64,000 nucleotides of DNA from Harriotta raleighana (Eukaryota): contig JBNZDD010013730.1 of the NCBI GenBank assembly GCA_050575255.1, forward strand, positions 4,881,607 through 4,945,606. Reading direction: 5' to 3'. The position numbers and the translations under genes were made by a program. The notes beneath the pieces are model-generated. The model had not been told where the DNA came from. It did not search any database and worked only from the letters and a program-made list of their open reading frames with translations. Numbering within the stretch: the stretch's first letter is position 1; each line of letters starts with the position of its first letter. Below are positions 1 to 14,600 of the stretch, one piece after another.

Positions 1-828
1 TAGCTAAAGCACTCTGGGACACTACCCAAATGAAGGCTGCTATATACAGTAATATATAATATATACATATATAAATGTGTGTATTCTGACCTATTGGGGA
101 TGGGGAATAAAATCTTGTTTACATATTTACAGATGGAATGCTGAGTCTAAATCTGCAGTTTTTTTTGCTGTAAATTTTTTGTGTGCCTCTAGGAGAAATG
201 ATTGGTGCAAAAAAAAACTATTGCCACATTGATTAAGAGCCTAAAATATGAGCTGAGATGAATCTATTTGGCTTATTACATACTCTCCTTCTGTAACCAA
301 AGCAAAGTTTATCCTGTTGTTGATGCCACCCCACTCCTGGGGGAAGTTACTGCCAAGGGTAATGGAACAAAATATTCTATTGAATCCTGGTTTGTTCCAT
401 GTGTGTTATTATATCTCACAAGATTTTTGAACCAAATATTTGAATCTGGATTTAGACTACAGTCTTCATTTGTGCATTTGCTGCCTAACGTCTATTATAG
501 TGGTGAAGGTACCTAGAACTTCAGTAATTGTGAACTAAAATCTGCATTTTAGCACATGTGAAGCATTTTAATATTTAAAGTATTAGTTAAAGATGGAGAT
601 TTATTTTCGGTATCATGAATTGTCCTCTATCAACAGATAATTGTATGAACCAAAATTGCACTAAATATAAGGCATTTTAGGGGTTTTGTTAAATGACTAA
701 ATGTAACAGAAGGAAGTGGAAAGCAGTTGCAGATAGAAGCATAATTGTTTTGAGGTGAAGAGCAATCCTAAAGCATCAAAACATCAAACATTTTAACCGT
801 GAAGATTAATTGTATTTTCTTTCCGAAG

Positions 829-1002
829 CAACAGCTTAATGTCCAGTGTGATGATGAAACAGCTGCACTACTGCGTGATTGCTATTTGCTCGAAGAGAAG
901 GAACGATTGAAAGAAGAATGGAGATTATTTGATGATCAGCGAAAGAACTTTGAAAAGGAGAGAAGAAATTTTACAGAGGCAGCTATTAGACTAGGGCATG
1001 AG
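829..1002 (+). CDS. SSX2IP: Internal coding exon of SSX2IP (afadin- and alpha-actinin-binding protein, ADIP)
   Basis: Translates [58 protein letters not shown], recognisably the SSX2IP C-terminal coiled-coil segment. AG acceptor ends at 828 (alternative at 834); GT donor at 1003. SSX2IP is the known neighbour of the vertebrate VTG2/3 cluster. Confidence 0.9.
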
Positions 1003-1223
1003 GTACAATATATTTGAGCATGTTATAATGATGTTGCACACCCAAGTATAAAGAGAATAAAGTGAAGTTTCTTATTCAAGGAAGATAAGATTGAATTATG
1101 GGGCTTTCATCATCTGAATCTTGTCAGTTTTGTAGCATCACATGCAATAACTTGAGAGAAGGCTTTCAAAGCCACTCACGGCCTTGCCCCCGCTTATCTC
1201 TCTGACCTGCTGTTTCCCTATCA

Positions 1224-1760
1224 NNNNNNNNNNNNNNNNNNNNNNNNNNNNNNNNNNNNNNNNNNNNNNNNNNNNNNNNNNNNNNNNNNNNNNNNNNNNN
1301 NNNNNNNNNNNNNNNNNNNNNNNNNNNNNNNNNNNNNNNNNNNNNNNNNNNNNNNNNNNNNNNNNNNNNNNNNNNNNNNNNNNNNNNNNNNNNNNNNNNN
1401 NNNNNNNNNNNNNNNNNNNNNNNNNNNNNNNNNNNNNNNNNNNNNNNNNNNNNNNNNNNNNNNNNNNNNNNNNNNNNNNNNNNNNNNNNNNNNNNNNNNN
1501 NNNNNNNNNNNNNNNNNNNNNNNNNNNNNNNNNNNNNNNNNNNNNNNNNNNNNNNNNNNNNNNNNNNNNNNNNNNNNNNNNNNNNNNNNNNNNNNNNNNN
1601 NNNNNNNNNNNNNNNNNNNNNNNNNNNNNNNNNNNNNNNNNNNNNNNNNNNNNNNNNNNNNNNNNNNNNNNNNNNNNNNNNNNNNNNNNNNNNNNNNNNN
1701 NNNNNNNNNNNNNNNNNNNNNNNNNNNNNNNNNNNNNNNNNNNNNNNNNNNNNNNNNNNN
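1224..1760. other. Assembly gap (N run)
   Basis: Run of N. Intervening SSX2IP exon(s) may be hidden here. Confidence 0.99.
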
Positions 1761-2127
1761 NAAAGTAGCTTTCACATTGTGAGGCTGTCTCAAAGCACTT
1801 CAAGCAAATGACTAGTGCCTTGGGTTTTAAAGTGACATCCATGATATGAGGTAGTGGCCTACAAATTTTGCATCGTTGGAAAATGCTGGTGTAAGAGTGC
1901 AATGAGCTTTCTGATTTCAAGATGGAAAAGTTGGACAGCTTATCTAGAACTTGAGAAACATTGCAGAAGTGTCCAAATAATCAGTTTGACTTGATAAATT
2001 GTAGTCAAGTGAATACAATTAGCTGGAATAAAAGGATTTATTCCTTTATCATTAAAATTCAGCCAATATTTTGGGATAAGTACATTACAGTTTAGATTGA
2101 GGTGTAATGTTTTATTTTTCATTACAG

Positions 2128-2341
2128 CTCAAGATCTCTACCAAAAAGGGGAAATAGTGTTGGCATCTACGATAAAAGAAACAATTGTGGAACACCAATC
2201 GAGAAAAGGAGAAACCCAGCAAAATCAACTTCATCTCATGACTTTTATGATGCATCATCTCCCGTGCTTTTAAAACATTCATGGGATGAGAGTTTCAATG
2301 AAAACTCTATACAAGCTGGAGCTGAGCCTAACCTCAAGTGA
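2128..2341 (+). CDS. SSX2IP: Putative terminal coding exon of SSX2IP
   Basis: Pyrimidine tract plus ttacag acceptor, then an open frame SRSLPKRGNSVGIYDKRNNCGTPIEKRRNPAKSTSSHDFYDASSPVLLKHSWDESFNENSIQAGAEPNLK* followed by AT-rich UTR-like sequence with AATAAA near 3461. Assignment is positional because this region is poorly conserved. Confidence 0.5.
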
Positions 2342-3774
2342 CTGTTTGTACAAGGGCAAACCAGTGCCACATTTTGATTGCTTGGAAGTTCAAAGAATGT
2401 AGGCGATTGCATTCAAATAATGCAGGATCATTTAAAATGTGACATTTGTATCAATTACTTCATATAGCACTTTGAATGTGAGTGGAACTGTTGGTTGTTG
2501 TAATTAGAGTCTTAATTTTGATTTTTACAAATGCACTATGCGTATGAATGGGTTTGAGGAATTGGTTTTAAGGGGAGTGTTTTTTTGCCATAGATAATTT
2601 AAGATCTGGGTGCAAATTCATTTGTCATTTATAAGTTTGTTTACTTACATTGTTTTTAATCACTTCGTCAGTGATCGGGTTTTCAGAGAATGTGTATACT
2701 GAAGAAATTTGCACACTTCAAAATTACCACTACATGCAGTCTTTGCTGAACTTAAGTACTCTAGAGAATTTTAATTTTTTAAGAAAAATTGTAACTCATG
2801 AATATTTGTCTTTGGAAGACAGGATTTTAATAAAGTGAGTTAATTGCATTTGTTTCTGAATTTTTAAAAAATTTTACAGTTAGTTTACGTGTTCCTATAC
2901 ATAACCTGAACAGGTATATTGATTTCCGATCAGATGATTTGATTACATATCTACTGAATCTTTCTCAAAAAATATATTAACTGCAGTGCTTTGATCACTT
3001 AATCTGCAATGAATACATTTTGGTGATTGCTAGAAATGTTTTACTTGAATGTGAAGGTTTTTGATTGCCACAATGTTATTACATTAGTAAGAACAGAATA
3101 TGGTCACGTTTCAGAAGACAGCTAACATTTTATATATGTATATATATATATATATATAATTATCCTTACATTTTCTTGATGGACAGGCTATATCTTTCTC
3201 ATTGCAACTACCTTGTGTATAATATTTATTGGTAGGTTATTTTGTAATTTGGTTGCTTTTGTAAATTGCTCCAATGTCAACTTCAGTAAACAGTCAAACT
3301 TCCAAAATGTATTTTTTAATTTAAAACAATTATATTTAATAATAACCTAATGTACAAGGACTACCATCAGTGCTCTCAAACACCAATTGATTTTCTTTTG
3401 AATGTACTTTAAGCAGGACATCATGTAGAAGCATTAAATGCATTTATTGCAACCACAGACAATAAATGGAACCAGAACTTAATTCTGAATTGGGGGTGCG
3501 GTTTTTGTTCAGGGGAAAAAATGCGTGTTAGGTAGCTTTTTGAAATATGCACTCATGAAATGTGAGTGACTTCAGCTGTTTAGGACTTTTGGGACAAACA
3601 AACAATGCTTTTCCGCTTCCTGCTGCTGTCTTGTTTAAGCTGCTTAGGCATCTAGCAGTAAGAAGCAGAGGAATAAAATTGTTTTTCTCACGGCCCTTAT
3701 TTTTGCTGACATTTTGAAACCATTAAAACAACTATTAATGTATCATTCTGGGTCAGTTAGATTAATAAAAAATT

Positions 3775-4100
3775 GTGTAACTCAGTGTTCAGAGTACAGT
3801 GCTCAACCCCGTAAGCGAGAGATCTGGATTTGATTCCCGGCAGGACAAAATGTTGGGCGAGTTTCCTTACTCCATGCCTCTGTTTACCGAGCAGTAAGTA
3901 GGAACCCACTTGTTAGTCAATTGGAGGATTGCTTGCCAGTGGTAATAATTCGTACAATAAAAAATTGGTCACTTAATCCATAACTATTTGTCGGACGCTA
4001 CTGTGTGCAATTGGCTGTCGCTTTTTTCCCCACGGAGTGCAGTCGATTCACAACAGTATCGTCTATGAAAGTGCTTTGAGATGTCTCGGAAGACGTGATA
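3775..4100 (+). mobile_element. tRNA-derived SINE, diverged copy
   Basis: A/B-box-like head (taactcagtgttcagagt...gatttgattccc) and the same central block (ctgtgtgcaattggctg) as the other copies in the window. Confidence 0.65.
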
Positions 4101-4451
4101 ATCAATCAATCAATAATAATTACATTTATATAGCGCCTTTCACGTTAGGAGGACATCCCAAGGCGCTGAACAATCAGGTAGGGATCAAAGCAGGGGGAGG
4201 AGGGGTCGGGGGAAGGAGAGTAGGAAAATTGACTGTATATTTGTAGTGCTACATCAAATGCAAGTTTGGTCCTACACTGTGAGCACAAAATACAGACACT
4301 GTGTTTGAACCCACGGGGTGGATTCTGAGGAGAGAGTTACCAAGCTGAACCTTTGTTTTATTCTACTGTACTATATTTCAAATGCTAATTGTCTCCATTA
4401 TAATTGTTGACTCTTCATCTTCTTTAATTATTCAAAGGCAATGACATACAA

Positions 4452-4506
<55 letters not shown>
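4452..4506. repeat. (TG)n(TA)n microsatellite
   Basis: Read directly from the sequence. Confidence 0.95.
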
Positions 4507-4510
<4 letters not shown>

Positions 4511-5289
4511 CTAAACACTGAGCAAACTTATCCTCCCAGCGTTGATCCTCAGTTATTTTGGTGGGTGATTGTTTTCCTAAAGTAGTTCCAAATTTCGATT
4601 TGGGTGATTTGAGCTACAACTATAATGATAGACACACAAGCTTGACCTCAATATTTGGAAAATTAACATACAAAATTCAAAAAATTGAAGATTAATTGAA
4701 AATAATCTAATGCATGACTGCCATTAGTGCTTTAGATTTACAATGACCAAACGTATCCATTTTATTGAAGCGTCTTCCTGACGTGAATGGCATATACAAG
4801 TGTAATTTTGTTGTTGTTTATTGCAGGTGATTTCCTAAATTCCCTCTCTGAAAACTTCATGGGCATAATGTATCTAGACTTCTAAAAGATGTTTACCAAA
4901 CGTACGACAAGAGATTGTATTCCCCTGATCTAGACTGCTGAATGGGACTTGCATTGATTGGCGGATTGGAAAGCCACCAAATTTGTAAAGTGCAGTTGTT
5001 TAGTCTGGGTTGCCATTACACCTAGAGTTTTATTAGTTAGAATAAATGTGTTACTCCTTCACTCCTTGATTGACTTAATCCCTGCAACCTAGACAAAAAT
5101 CAGGTGTAGTGACTTAAAGTATATCAACAAACTTTACAGCAAAAACATAACTTATTTTCACATTCTAATGCTACTTTAGCTGAATTACTTGATATGGTAT
5201 TTTATGTTTGTTTGGGTCAAAGTGTATCTTGACAAAATAAAGAATTCCATGAGTAAAGAAAATAAGTGTTACATACTTTGGCCAAACAA

Positions 5290-5323
5290 GGGCACATTAA
5301 CCTCAATCCAGGTCATCGTAACT
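5290..5323 (+). promoter_or_regulatory. Paired imperfect estrogen response elements, VtgA promoter
   Basis: GGGCAcatTAACC (5290-5302) and GGTCAtcgTAACT (5311-5323) versus consensus GGTCAnnnTGACC. A homologous pair lies upstream of VtgB and VtgC. Confidence 0.6.
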
Positions 5324-5585
5324 TTTGCAATGGTATCTAACACAGGTTAACCCAATTAATTGTTTACTGTTTTAACAAAAAAACTTTTTATAATAAAGAC
5401 ATTTCTTTTTCTTGCATGACTGCAGATCACCATTATTAGAACCAATATATTTTAATATGCACCGAACAATTTTTTTCAAATGATTTCAAATCAAATTGTT
5501 AATCTTTGGTGAACTTTGATACTGATTTGAAAAGAGCATCAGTCAGCAAATAAGCACATATATGGAAGAGAACTACAGTATCTAG

Positions 5586-5592
5586 TATAAAT
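5586..5592 (+). promoter_or_regulatory. TATA box of VtgA
   Basis: TATAAAT 47 nt upstream of the ATG at 5633. HNF4-like TGAACTTTG near 5510 and FoxA-like AGCAAATA near 5545. Confidence 0.7.
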
Positions 5593-5632
5593 TCATGAAA
5601 CCAATTCAACCAAGTGCCATTCATCAGTCGAC

Positions 5633-8600
5633 ATGAGGGGAATTATTTTCTTATTAACCTTGACTATTGTGGGTAAGTTAATAAACATATTGTTCTTCTG
5701 AGCTGTAATTGTTTTCAAAATTCTAAGTTATTTTATGCCAGATTATTTGTTCTCATTTCCATGTGTTCTTCAATTCCAGGAAGTGAGAGAAACCTTGGTA
5801 AGTGTCATTTTCTTGTTTGAAAAATTCAGTTTTTCAACCTGACTTTAACTCAATGCAGTACCATTACTTCTAACTTGATTTCAGTACCCAGTTTTGGTGA
5901 AAGAAAAACATATGTTTACAAGTATGAAGGCATACTTCTAACTGGACTTCCAGAAAGTGGTTTGAACCGAGCAGGTTTAAAAATTGCCTGCGGAGTGCAA
6001 ATCAGCAGACTGACACAAAGACTCCACCTTCTTAATGTGAGTAGATTTCAAATACTATTGTGATCGGTAATTTAAAAAGAAATGTGATGCTGTGAATAGA
6101 ACTGGCAAGGTAACTAAACGACAGGAACTTACAACTGGTTATTTATGTAATGTAATGTTGTTTCTCATGCGCAAAAATCACACGCAAGTGTCAAAGGTAG
6201 ATACCATCTGCACTACTGAGAAATTAGAACTGGGATTGTGCCAACCACATCGGTGAAAGTTTCCACCCTGAAATGAATCACACACTCAGCAAAAAAGAAT
6301 CTGAACTTGCAATGTTGCAGCACCTCAAAGTGCATCACAGTCCACTAATTACTGTCAAATGTAATGTTTTTTGTTAGCGAATGCAGCAGCCATTTTGTGT
6401 ACAGCAGAGTCCCGAAACAGAATGATCCATTTGTCCAGAAGCTTGTTGACCAAGGCTTCAAACATCTTGTTCTTTCCAAACAAAGGTAGCCACTACTATA
6501 GAGCACCAATGGAAAATCATAAAACATTTCACTATCCATTTTGACTCTGCAATATTTTCAAAAATGAAGAATGCAAACATCTTTCTAATTTATAACAAAC
6601 AATTTTTATAATTCCCGGTGGCCCATACACTGTGCCTACAGATCTCATGGGTTAATTACCCAAACTGGGTAATGTGTCATTCCTTTCAAAATTGATGTGG
6701 ATGCTATTTCTCAGTTCATTTGTTTTTCAGATCACAGACCCTCAGATTCAGGAGCTCAATGGTGTTTGGCCCAATGTCACATTAAGTGCAGCAAATAAAT
6801 TGACACAAAGACTGGCAGCCGACCTGATCAAACCTGTGAAGTTTGAATACAGCAATGGCCGAGTGGGAAATATTAATGCCCCTGAAGGCTTGCCTGAAAA
6901 TATACTCAACATCCATAAAGGCATTTTGAACATGCTTCAGATCACTATAAAGAACACACAAAATGTCTATGAGTTACAAGAGGTAAACATTCAGACTTCA
7001 CAGCAGATTCAAACAAAAGCATGTCACACATTCTACAATAAATCAATTTGTCTCTTTCACCTCCAGACTGGAATCGAAGGCATCTGCCTTACAAAATACG
7101 TACTTCAAGAAAACAGGAAGGCCAACCAGATTATTGTAACAAAATCAAAAGATCTGGATAATTGTCAGGAAAGGGCATTGAAGCAAATTGGTATGGTGTA
7201 TACAATGCCATGCCCTACTTGCCAACAGGTAAAACTGTTAGCTTTTCATTCTATTATTCCAGATATTATCTTTATGTCATGCATAAAAATATATTTGTGA
7301 CATTGTTTACCTTAATCAAAAGCTATTTAATAGATGGTTTATAAAGACATTATGAGCCATTTTAATTTTCTGAGCGGAATTACATGGAATGGTAATCGTA
7401 TTGTTATTTTACTATTTTTAGAGAAGCAAGAATTTACGCAGTATGGCGACATTCACCTCTACCCTGAAACCTAAAGAATCTGGTGCACTGATTGTTCAGA
7501 TTGAATCGCGGGAAATGCATCAGTTTACACCATTCCATGAACTTGATGGAACTGCTGTTATGGAGGCAAAGTAAGCTTCCAATGGTTAGATTTTTAAGTC
7601 CCGAGGAATTTGCAGAACATGTTTATTTTGCTTTACCTCGAATTTCAAACTGTTTTAATGTTTTGAATCTATCCAAGTGTATTCAAATTTATAATTATGT
7701 ATGGTTGCGGATTATGCCAATGTTGCAATAAATGGCTGCAAAGCAAATTAATCTTGATTATATTTCCATGTCTAATTATCTGTGCCCTGATTTTAGCTAT
7801 ACTATATAATACTGTTTGTATGTTGAATGATGATACACAAACTATGGTACATTTCTGAATAATATTTTTCTTTTCAGACAACACTTAATTCTGGATGATA
7901 TCATAGCTGCAAACGTTTCTGAACCACAAGTTGATTTTCAGAGCTATGGAACTCTGAAATACCACTGGGATACTGACATACTCCAGAAACCAATCCATTT
8001 AATTAAATACAAAACTCTGGAAACCCAGGTAAATATCAACACAATATTGTCTGTCGCCACCATCCTCTGTGTGATATGGTGCACTTTCGTACCACATTAT
8101 TTGTCATTTTTTTTAAATATAGGTCATTGAAACGTTGAATCATTTGGCTCTGAACAACCAGGAACGGGTTCACTCTGATGCTCCAAATAAATTTCTGCAG
8201 CTTGTACAGCTTCTTCGTACAGCATCAGATAAAATCATTGATAGTGTGTGGAAGAATTATGCCACAAAACGGGTGTACAGGTAAACCACTTAATCACATT
8301 ATTCTCCCCCGGGTTAAAGAATTGCCAAGCACCCCATTCACCTATGGCTGGAGAACGCAAGCGTCGAGAATTTAGGTAACCCAAACACATACATACTTTA
8401 TATTTGATTCAATAGATCCAATTAAATCCGATCCACCGGTAAGCCATTTGCAGACATTGTATTAAATAGCTGCATAGGATTCACTGCAAGGGATTTAAAC
8501 CCTGTGTATTTTGTAGGGGAATATAGAACAAGAAAATATTTTCATCTTGTTTCTTAAATGCAGACACTGGATTTTGGATGCACTTCCTGCTGTAGGAACA

Positions 8601-11600
8601 GCTGACGCCCTGAGATTTCTCAAACACAAGATTCAGTATTCGGAAATGAAAGCCACTGAAGTAGCTCAGGCTTTAATTCTTGCAATGCAGCAACTCAAAG
8701 CTGACCGGCAGAGTGTGTCTGTAGCTAAAGTGAGTATGGACCTACATTTACCTGCATTTCGTGATTCAGAGAGAAGCCACACTAAAACACCTTCTCCCTA
8801 ATATTTGCAACATGAATTTGATGTTTACCTGTGCACCAAAATTACTCTTAATGAATTTTTTATTTGCAGGAATTGCTTAGTGTTGCTCATGTGCAGCATT
8901 CCTCCATTCTTCGCCAGATTGTGATTCTTGGGTATGGTTCTGTTGTGATGAGATACTGCGCAGTTCACCAAACATGCCCCTCTGATGCCCTTCAGGTAAA
9001 CTGCTGTGATTTTGTAAACTGCTTTGTTTCGCCCACAAATATACAGTCAATTCACTTTACAGTATGTTCTGTGAAGGGCTCTGAGACATCAAGAAGACAT
9101 GAAAAGGATTATTATTGTTATATTATTAATAGCTCGTTTGCCAATGAGTTCACACTGGTTCAACAAGGCTCTACCTGAGATTTTTTTCTTCCAGCCACTC
9201 NGTTTATAAAGACATTATGAGCCATTTTAATTTTCTGAGCGGAATTACATGGAATGGTAATCGTATTGTTATTTTACTATTTTTAGAGAAGCAAGAATTT
9301 ACGCAGTATGGCGACATTCACCTCTACCCTCAAACCTAAAGAATCTGGTGCACTGATTGTTCAGATTGAATCGCGGGAAATGCATCAGTTTACACCATTC
9401 CATGAACTTGATGGAACTGCTGTTATGGAGGCAAAGTAAGCTTCCAATGGTTAGATTTTTAAGTCCCGAGGAATTTGCAGAACATGTTTATTTTGCTTTA
9501 CCTCGAATTTCAAACTGTTTTAATGTTTTGAATCTATCCAAGTGTATTCAAATTTATAATTATGTATGGTTGCGGATTATGCCAATGTTGCAATAAATGG
9601 CTGCAAAGCAAATTAATCTTGATTATATTTCCATGTCTAATTATCTGTGCCCTGATTTTAGCTATACTATATAATACTGTTTGTATGTTGAATGATGATA
9701 CACAAACTATGGTACATTTCTGAATAATATTTTTCTTTTCAGACAACACTTAATTCTGGATGATATCATAGCTGCAAACGTTTCTGAACCACAAGTTGAT
9801 TTTCAGAGCTATGGAACTCTGAAATACCACTGGGATACTGACATACTCCAGAAACCAATCCATTTAATTAAATACAAAACTCTGGAAACCCAGGTAAATA
9901 TCAACACAATATTGTCTGTCGCCACCATCCTCTGTGTGATATGGTGCACTTTCGTACCACATTATTTGTCATTTTTTTTAAATATAGGTCATTGAAACGT
10001 TGAATCATTTGGCTCTGAACAACCAGGAACGGGTTCACTCTGATGCTCCAAATAAATTTCTGCAGCTTGTACAGCTTCTTCGTACAGCATCAGATAAAAT
10101 CATTGATAGTGTGTGGAAGAATTATGCCACAAAACGGGTGTACAGGTAAACCACTTAATCACATTATTCTCCCCCGGGTTAAAGAATTGCCAAGCACCCC
10201 ATTCACCTATGGCTGGAGAACGCAAGCGTCGAGAATTTAGGTAACCCAAACACATACATACTTTATATTTGATTCAATAGATCCAATTAAATCCGATCCA
10301 CCGGTAAGCCATTTGCAGACATTGTATTAAATAGCTGCATAGGATTCACTGCAAGGGATTTAAACCCTGTGTATTTTGTAGGGGAATATAGAACAAGAAA
10401 ATATTTTCATCTTGTTTCTTAAATGCAGACACTGGATTTTGGATGCACTTCCTGCTGTAGGAACAGCTGACGCCCTGAGATTTCTCAAACACAAGATTCA
10501 GTATTCGGAAATGAAAGCCACTGAAGTAGCTCAGGCTTTAATTCTTGCAATGCAGCAACTCAAAGCTGACCGGCAGAGTGTGTCTGTAGCTAAAGTGAGT
10601 ATGGACCTACATTTACCTGCATTTCGTGATTCAGAGAGAAGCCACACTAAAACACCTTCTCCCTAATATTTGCAACATGAATTTGATGTTTACCTGTGCA
10701 CCAAAATTACTCTTAATGAATTTTTTATTTGCAGGAATTGCTTAGTGTTGCTCATGTGCAGCATTCCTCCATTCTTCGCCAGATTGTGATTCTTGGGTAT
10801 GGTTCTGTTGTGATGAGATACTGCGCAGTTCACCAAACATGCCCCTCTGATGCCCTTCAGGTAAACTGCTGTGATTTTGTAAACTGCTTTGTTTCGCCCA
10901 CAAATATACAGTCAATTCACTTTACAGTATGTTCTGTGAAGGGCTCTGAGACATCAAGAAGACATGAAAAGGATTATTATTGTTATATTATTAATAGCTC
11001 GTTTGCCAATGAGTTCACACTGGTTCAACAAGGCTCTACCTGAGATTTTTTTCTTCCAGCCACTCCATGATCTGCTCATTGAAGCTGACCGCCATTCCCA
11101 TGAGCACGACATTGTTCTCAGCCTCAGAGCAATAGGTAATGCAGGACAGCCTTCAAGTATAAAACATATAAAGAAATACTTGCTTGGTTTTGGAAGTGCA
11201 GCCACACGTCTTCCATTAAATATTCAAGTTGATGCGGTATCTGCACTGCGTAACATTGCAATGAAAGACCCACGAAAGGTACAAAAATCAGTACACCCAC
11301 AACACTGGTTAACAATCAAGTTCCATTAACTCAAGTAATTCTTACTAAACCTGCAATTTGATTAAAATATTCTATCCATTTTGTATTATTATTTCATTGA
11401 TCATTTCTTTCTTTTTTTCTCATTTGAGACAGGTACAAGATATTACAGTAAAGTTATTCATGAATCGAAAGAATCATCCCGAAGTTCGAATCGTGGCTTG
11501 CGCTGTGTTGTTTTCTACCAAACCTGGTTTAGCTTTAGTGACAGCAATAGCTGATTCACTGCTGAAGGAGACCAGTTTACAGGTTGCCAGCTTTACATAT

Positions 11601-14600
11601 TCACATATGAGAGCTCTGTCCAGAAGTTCACTGCCATCTGTCAGATCACTGTAAGTATAGTACTGTATTGTACCACAGAATCTTCACTGCCTAGGAAGCT
11701 GCCAATCAGCCTTGGTGTAGTTATTTTCTCTAATCCTATTCCACTCATCTTTTTTCCCCCATTCTCTTATTATTTCCTTTTAAATGCTGTGCAAAAAAAA
11801 AATCGTTCTAACATCATCCTTTTTCTACTAATACAATCATCAATTTATGTCCACTATGTAACGCACTTTGCAACTGGTGACAATTTTATTTATCCTATTA
11901 AAAACAATCTTCCGTTTTGACCAGTGGAAAGTTGCGTGTGGTTTAGTCGCCTGGAGCCTGTATTGATAATCCAGTAACAATTCATGTTAACAGGGCGGCA
12001 TCCTGCAATCTAGTCATCAAACTCCTGAGCCCCAGACTCGACAAACTTGGTTCCCGATACAGCAGAGTTTTCCGAATGGATATGTTCAGATGTAAGTTCT
12101 AGCAAGATTCTAAAGGCAACATTAAATCTATGATTAAAATGGCGGTGTTTTAAAGAGACTTTCTAATTGAGAGCATATTATTAAATTTCATTAAATTTGT
12201 AAAATTGTCTTTTCTTTTGTCTCGGAATGGATTCCATTTCAAGTTCGTTTTATTGTGGGTGCCCTGTAAATATCCAGGAAATAGACTATTTCTATTCAAT
12301 ATCTCTGGTATCTAAAATAATTGAATTTGTAATATAGACAACCTAGGTTCAAATATAAATTTTACAGCTTAACACAATTGCAAACTTCAACTGAAAGAAC
12401 TGAGAAGTTCATTGTTGTATCTTTTAGATAATCTAATGACAGGAGCATCTGCTGAAATGCTTCTAATAAACAACGCTGGCAATGCAATCCCATCAGCAAT
12501 CTTGGGCAAACTTCATGCTTATGCCCTTGGCTCTTCAGTAAATCTTGTGGAGGTAATGGACCACTAATTTGGAGAATTCAAGCGCCTCATAAAATTCAAT
12601 GTGAAACGGACCTTCGAATTCACGATGGATTTACTATCGACATGGAATGTGGATTAAGTATAATAAATTGATTTTTTTTTCCGAACCACCAAGGTTGGCT
12701 TGCGAGCAGAAGGACTTCAGGGAACCCTATTGAGAAATCGCGTGACACTCATTGGAAAACCAAATATTGAAAAGATTCAGCGTGTTTTAAAAATGGTGAG
12801 AACAAATCTGAAGGGCTTACTGGTTCACAAATACTTTGTCTTTGTAATTAATATATTTGCATGCTTCAAAACTTGATTCCTAATGTATTTGATTTTCCAG
12901 CTTGCTGGATGGAAAGCTTTGCCTGAAGACGTGCCTTTGGTGTCAGCATACATCAGATTTCTTGGTCAAGAAATAGCCTTTGTTGAACTCAAAAAAGATG
13001 ACATCCGGGAAGCCACTCAGGTACCAGAGAGCTGTACAACATTGGCTTGTAAACATACATCCGAATGAGCTGATCTGAGTGGGATTCTGTGCAGCCACCC
13101 ATTCTAATCATTCTCATGAGACTATGTTCATTTCACTTTTCTATACAGACAGACACTCAAGGATCGAAAGCACTAACTGGATTAAGGAAACTTGTCGATC
13201 GGCTCAGAAACCAGTTTGGATTACATGCCTCTGTAGCATTGCTAGCAGCTGAGGTACGACATGTTATAGCCACAAGTGTCGGTCTGCCAATGGAACTGTC
13301 CTTTCATTCATCTGTTGTAACAGTGGCCAAAGCAAATGGTGAGGAGCATATTTATACTTTGTCTCTAATTGCTTTGCTTTCACTCCCATAAAAGGGCTCT
13401 TAGGTAACCACAGCCACATTTTTCTTACAGTGGAAGTATACAATTATACAACACAATAACATTTTAATGAGCTCTACCAAAGACTCAATTGGAGACTTCC
13501 GCTTTCATTTTCGAGCAGAATATAAATTGTTGTTTTAAATTGAGTTAAGGGTCAGGCACACTCTTTCCATAGATGTGAAATAAGAATAATTATCTATTGA
13601 GTAGCTTCAACTCGTATAGATATAGGAACTAAGAGAGGAATGCCTCTCACTGGAACCTATTGCAGGAAATAAATCTTTGATCTTAGCTCATTTCATTCTT
13701 TTCTCTCTAACAGTTCAAGCACACATCTCTCCCTCCTACATTTCTTCAATTTTTCAGTTGCTCAATGCCAACATTCAATTGAAGATAACAATCAACCCAA
13801 GGTATGTGTTTATGTAAAAAAAAGAAAAAGTAGTTACCACTTGATTTCTGTTGCAATTTATGCAGTAGTAGTGGAAGGATCTCATTTTTATGCGTGTAGA
13901 GTATTCAGATCTTCTCTATGTTAAATCCTTGTCTCATGTTTTCTGTGTTGTTTTGCAGTGTAGTCATTTACACCAAAGCCTTCATGGGAATTAATGCGCC
14001 TTTTATCCAGGTGGGTGTAGAACTCCAAGCAAGTGTCTATATGGATCATCCAGTAAATATAGCTGTGAGGATAAACCTAAAAGAAAGAAATCTGAAGATT
14101 GAAAGTGAACCAGCTCAAAAGGAGAAGCAGATCATATCATTCAAGTAATTAATACAGTACTATCTTCCTTGAGGTCAAATGTATTCATTATTTTCCTTTT
14201 CTATAATATTTTGCCTTTCTTTTTTAATCCCCTTTAAAGTGTTGTATCGTCATGGCATAATACCATCAAAGACAGCAGCCACTGCTTTCAGATAGGAACC
14301 CAGTTGGTGACTGCATTATTTTGCAATTGGAACTTATTGTAGCAGAGCTGAATCCTTCCTCACTTAAAGCCCATGCCTATACATATATATAATTTCAGTT
14401 TAAATTAACTGAACATTGATACTCCTCTTCGACTGTTGCCTTCAGTCACCTGCCTCCTACCTCTATGCCCTCCATCCATCCTGATCCCAAACAGCAGCTC
14501 AGGTGTGGATCCCTGACTGTCCACTGCTTTGGGATGTTCCCCCAATATGAAAGGCGTTATGCAAATTTAATTTGTTGTTGATTAGGAGAACGAACTTTGG

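Noticed and set aside
1157-1223. Possible next SSX2IP exon (agaaggctttc, resembling RKAF)
   Set aside because: The frame does not fit and the sequence continues as an L2 remnant (FKATHGLAPAYLSDLL).
1138-1920. Long ORFs 1138-1920, 1184-1768 and 1221-1793
   Set aside because: They are open only because they run through the N gap.
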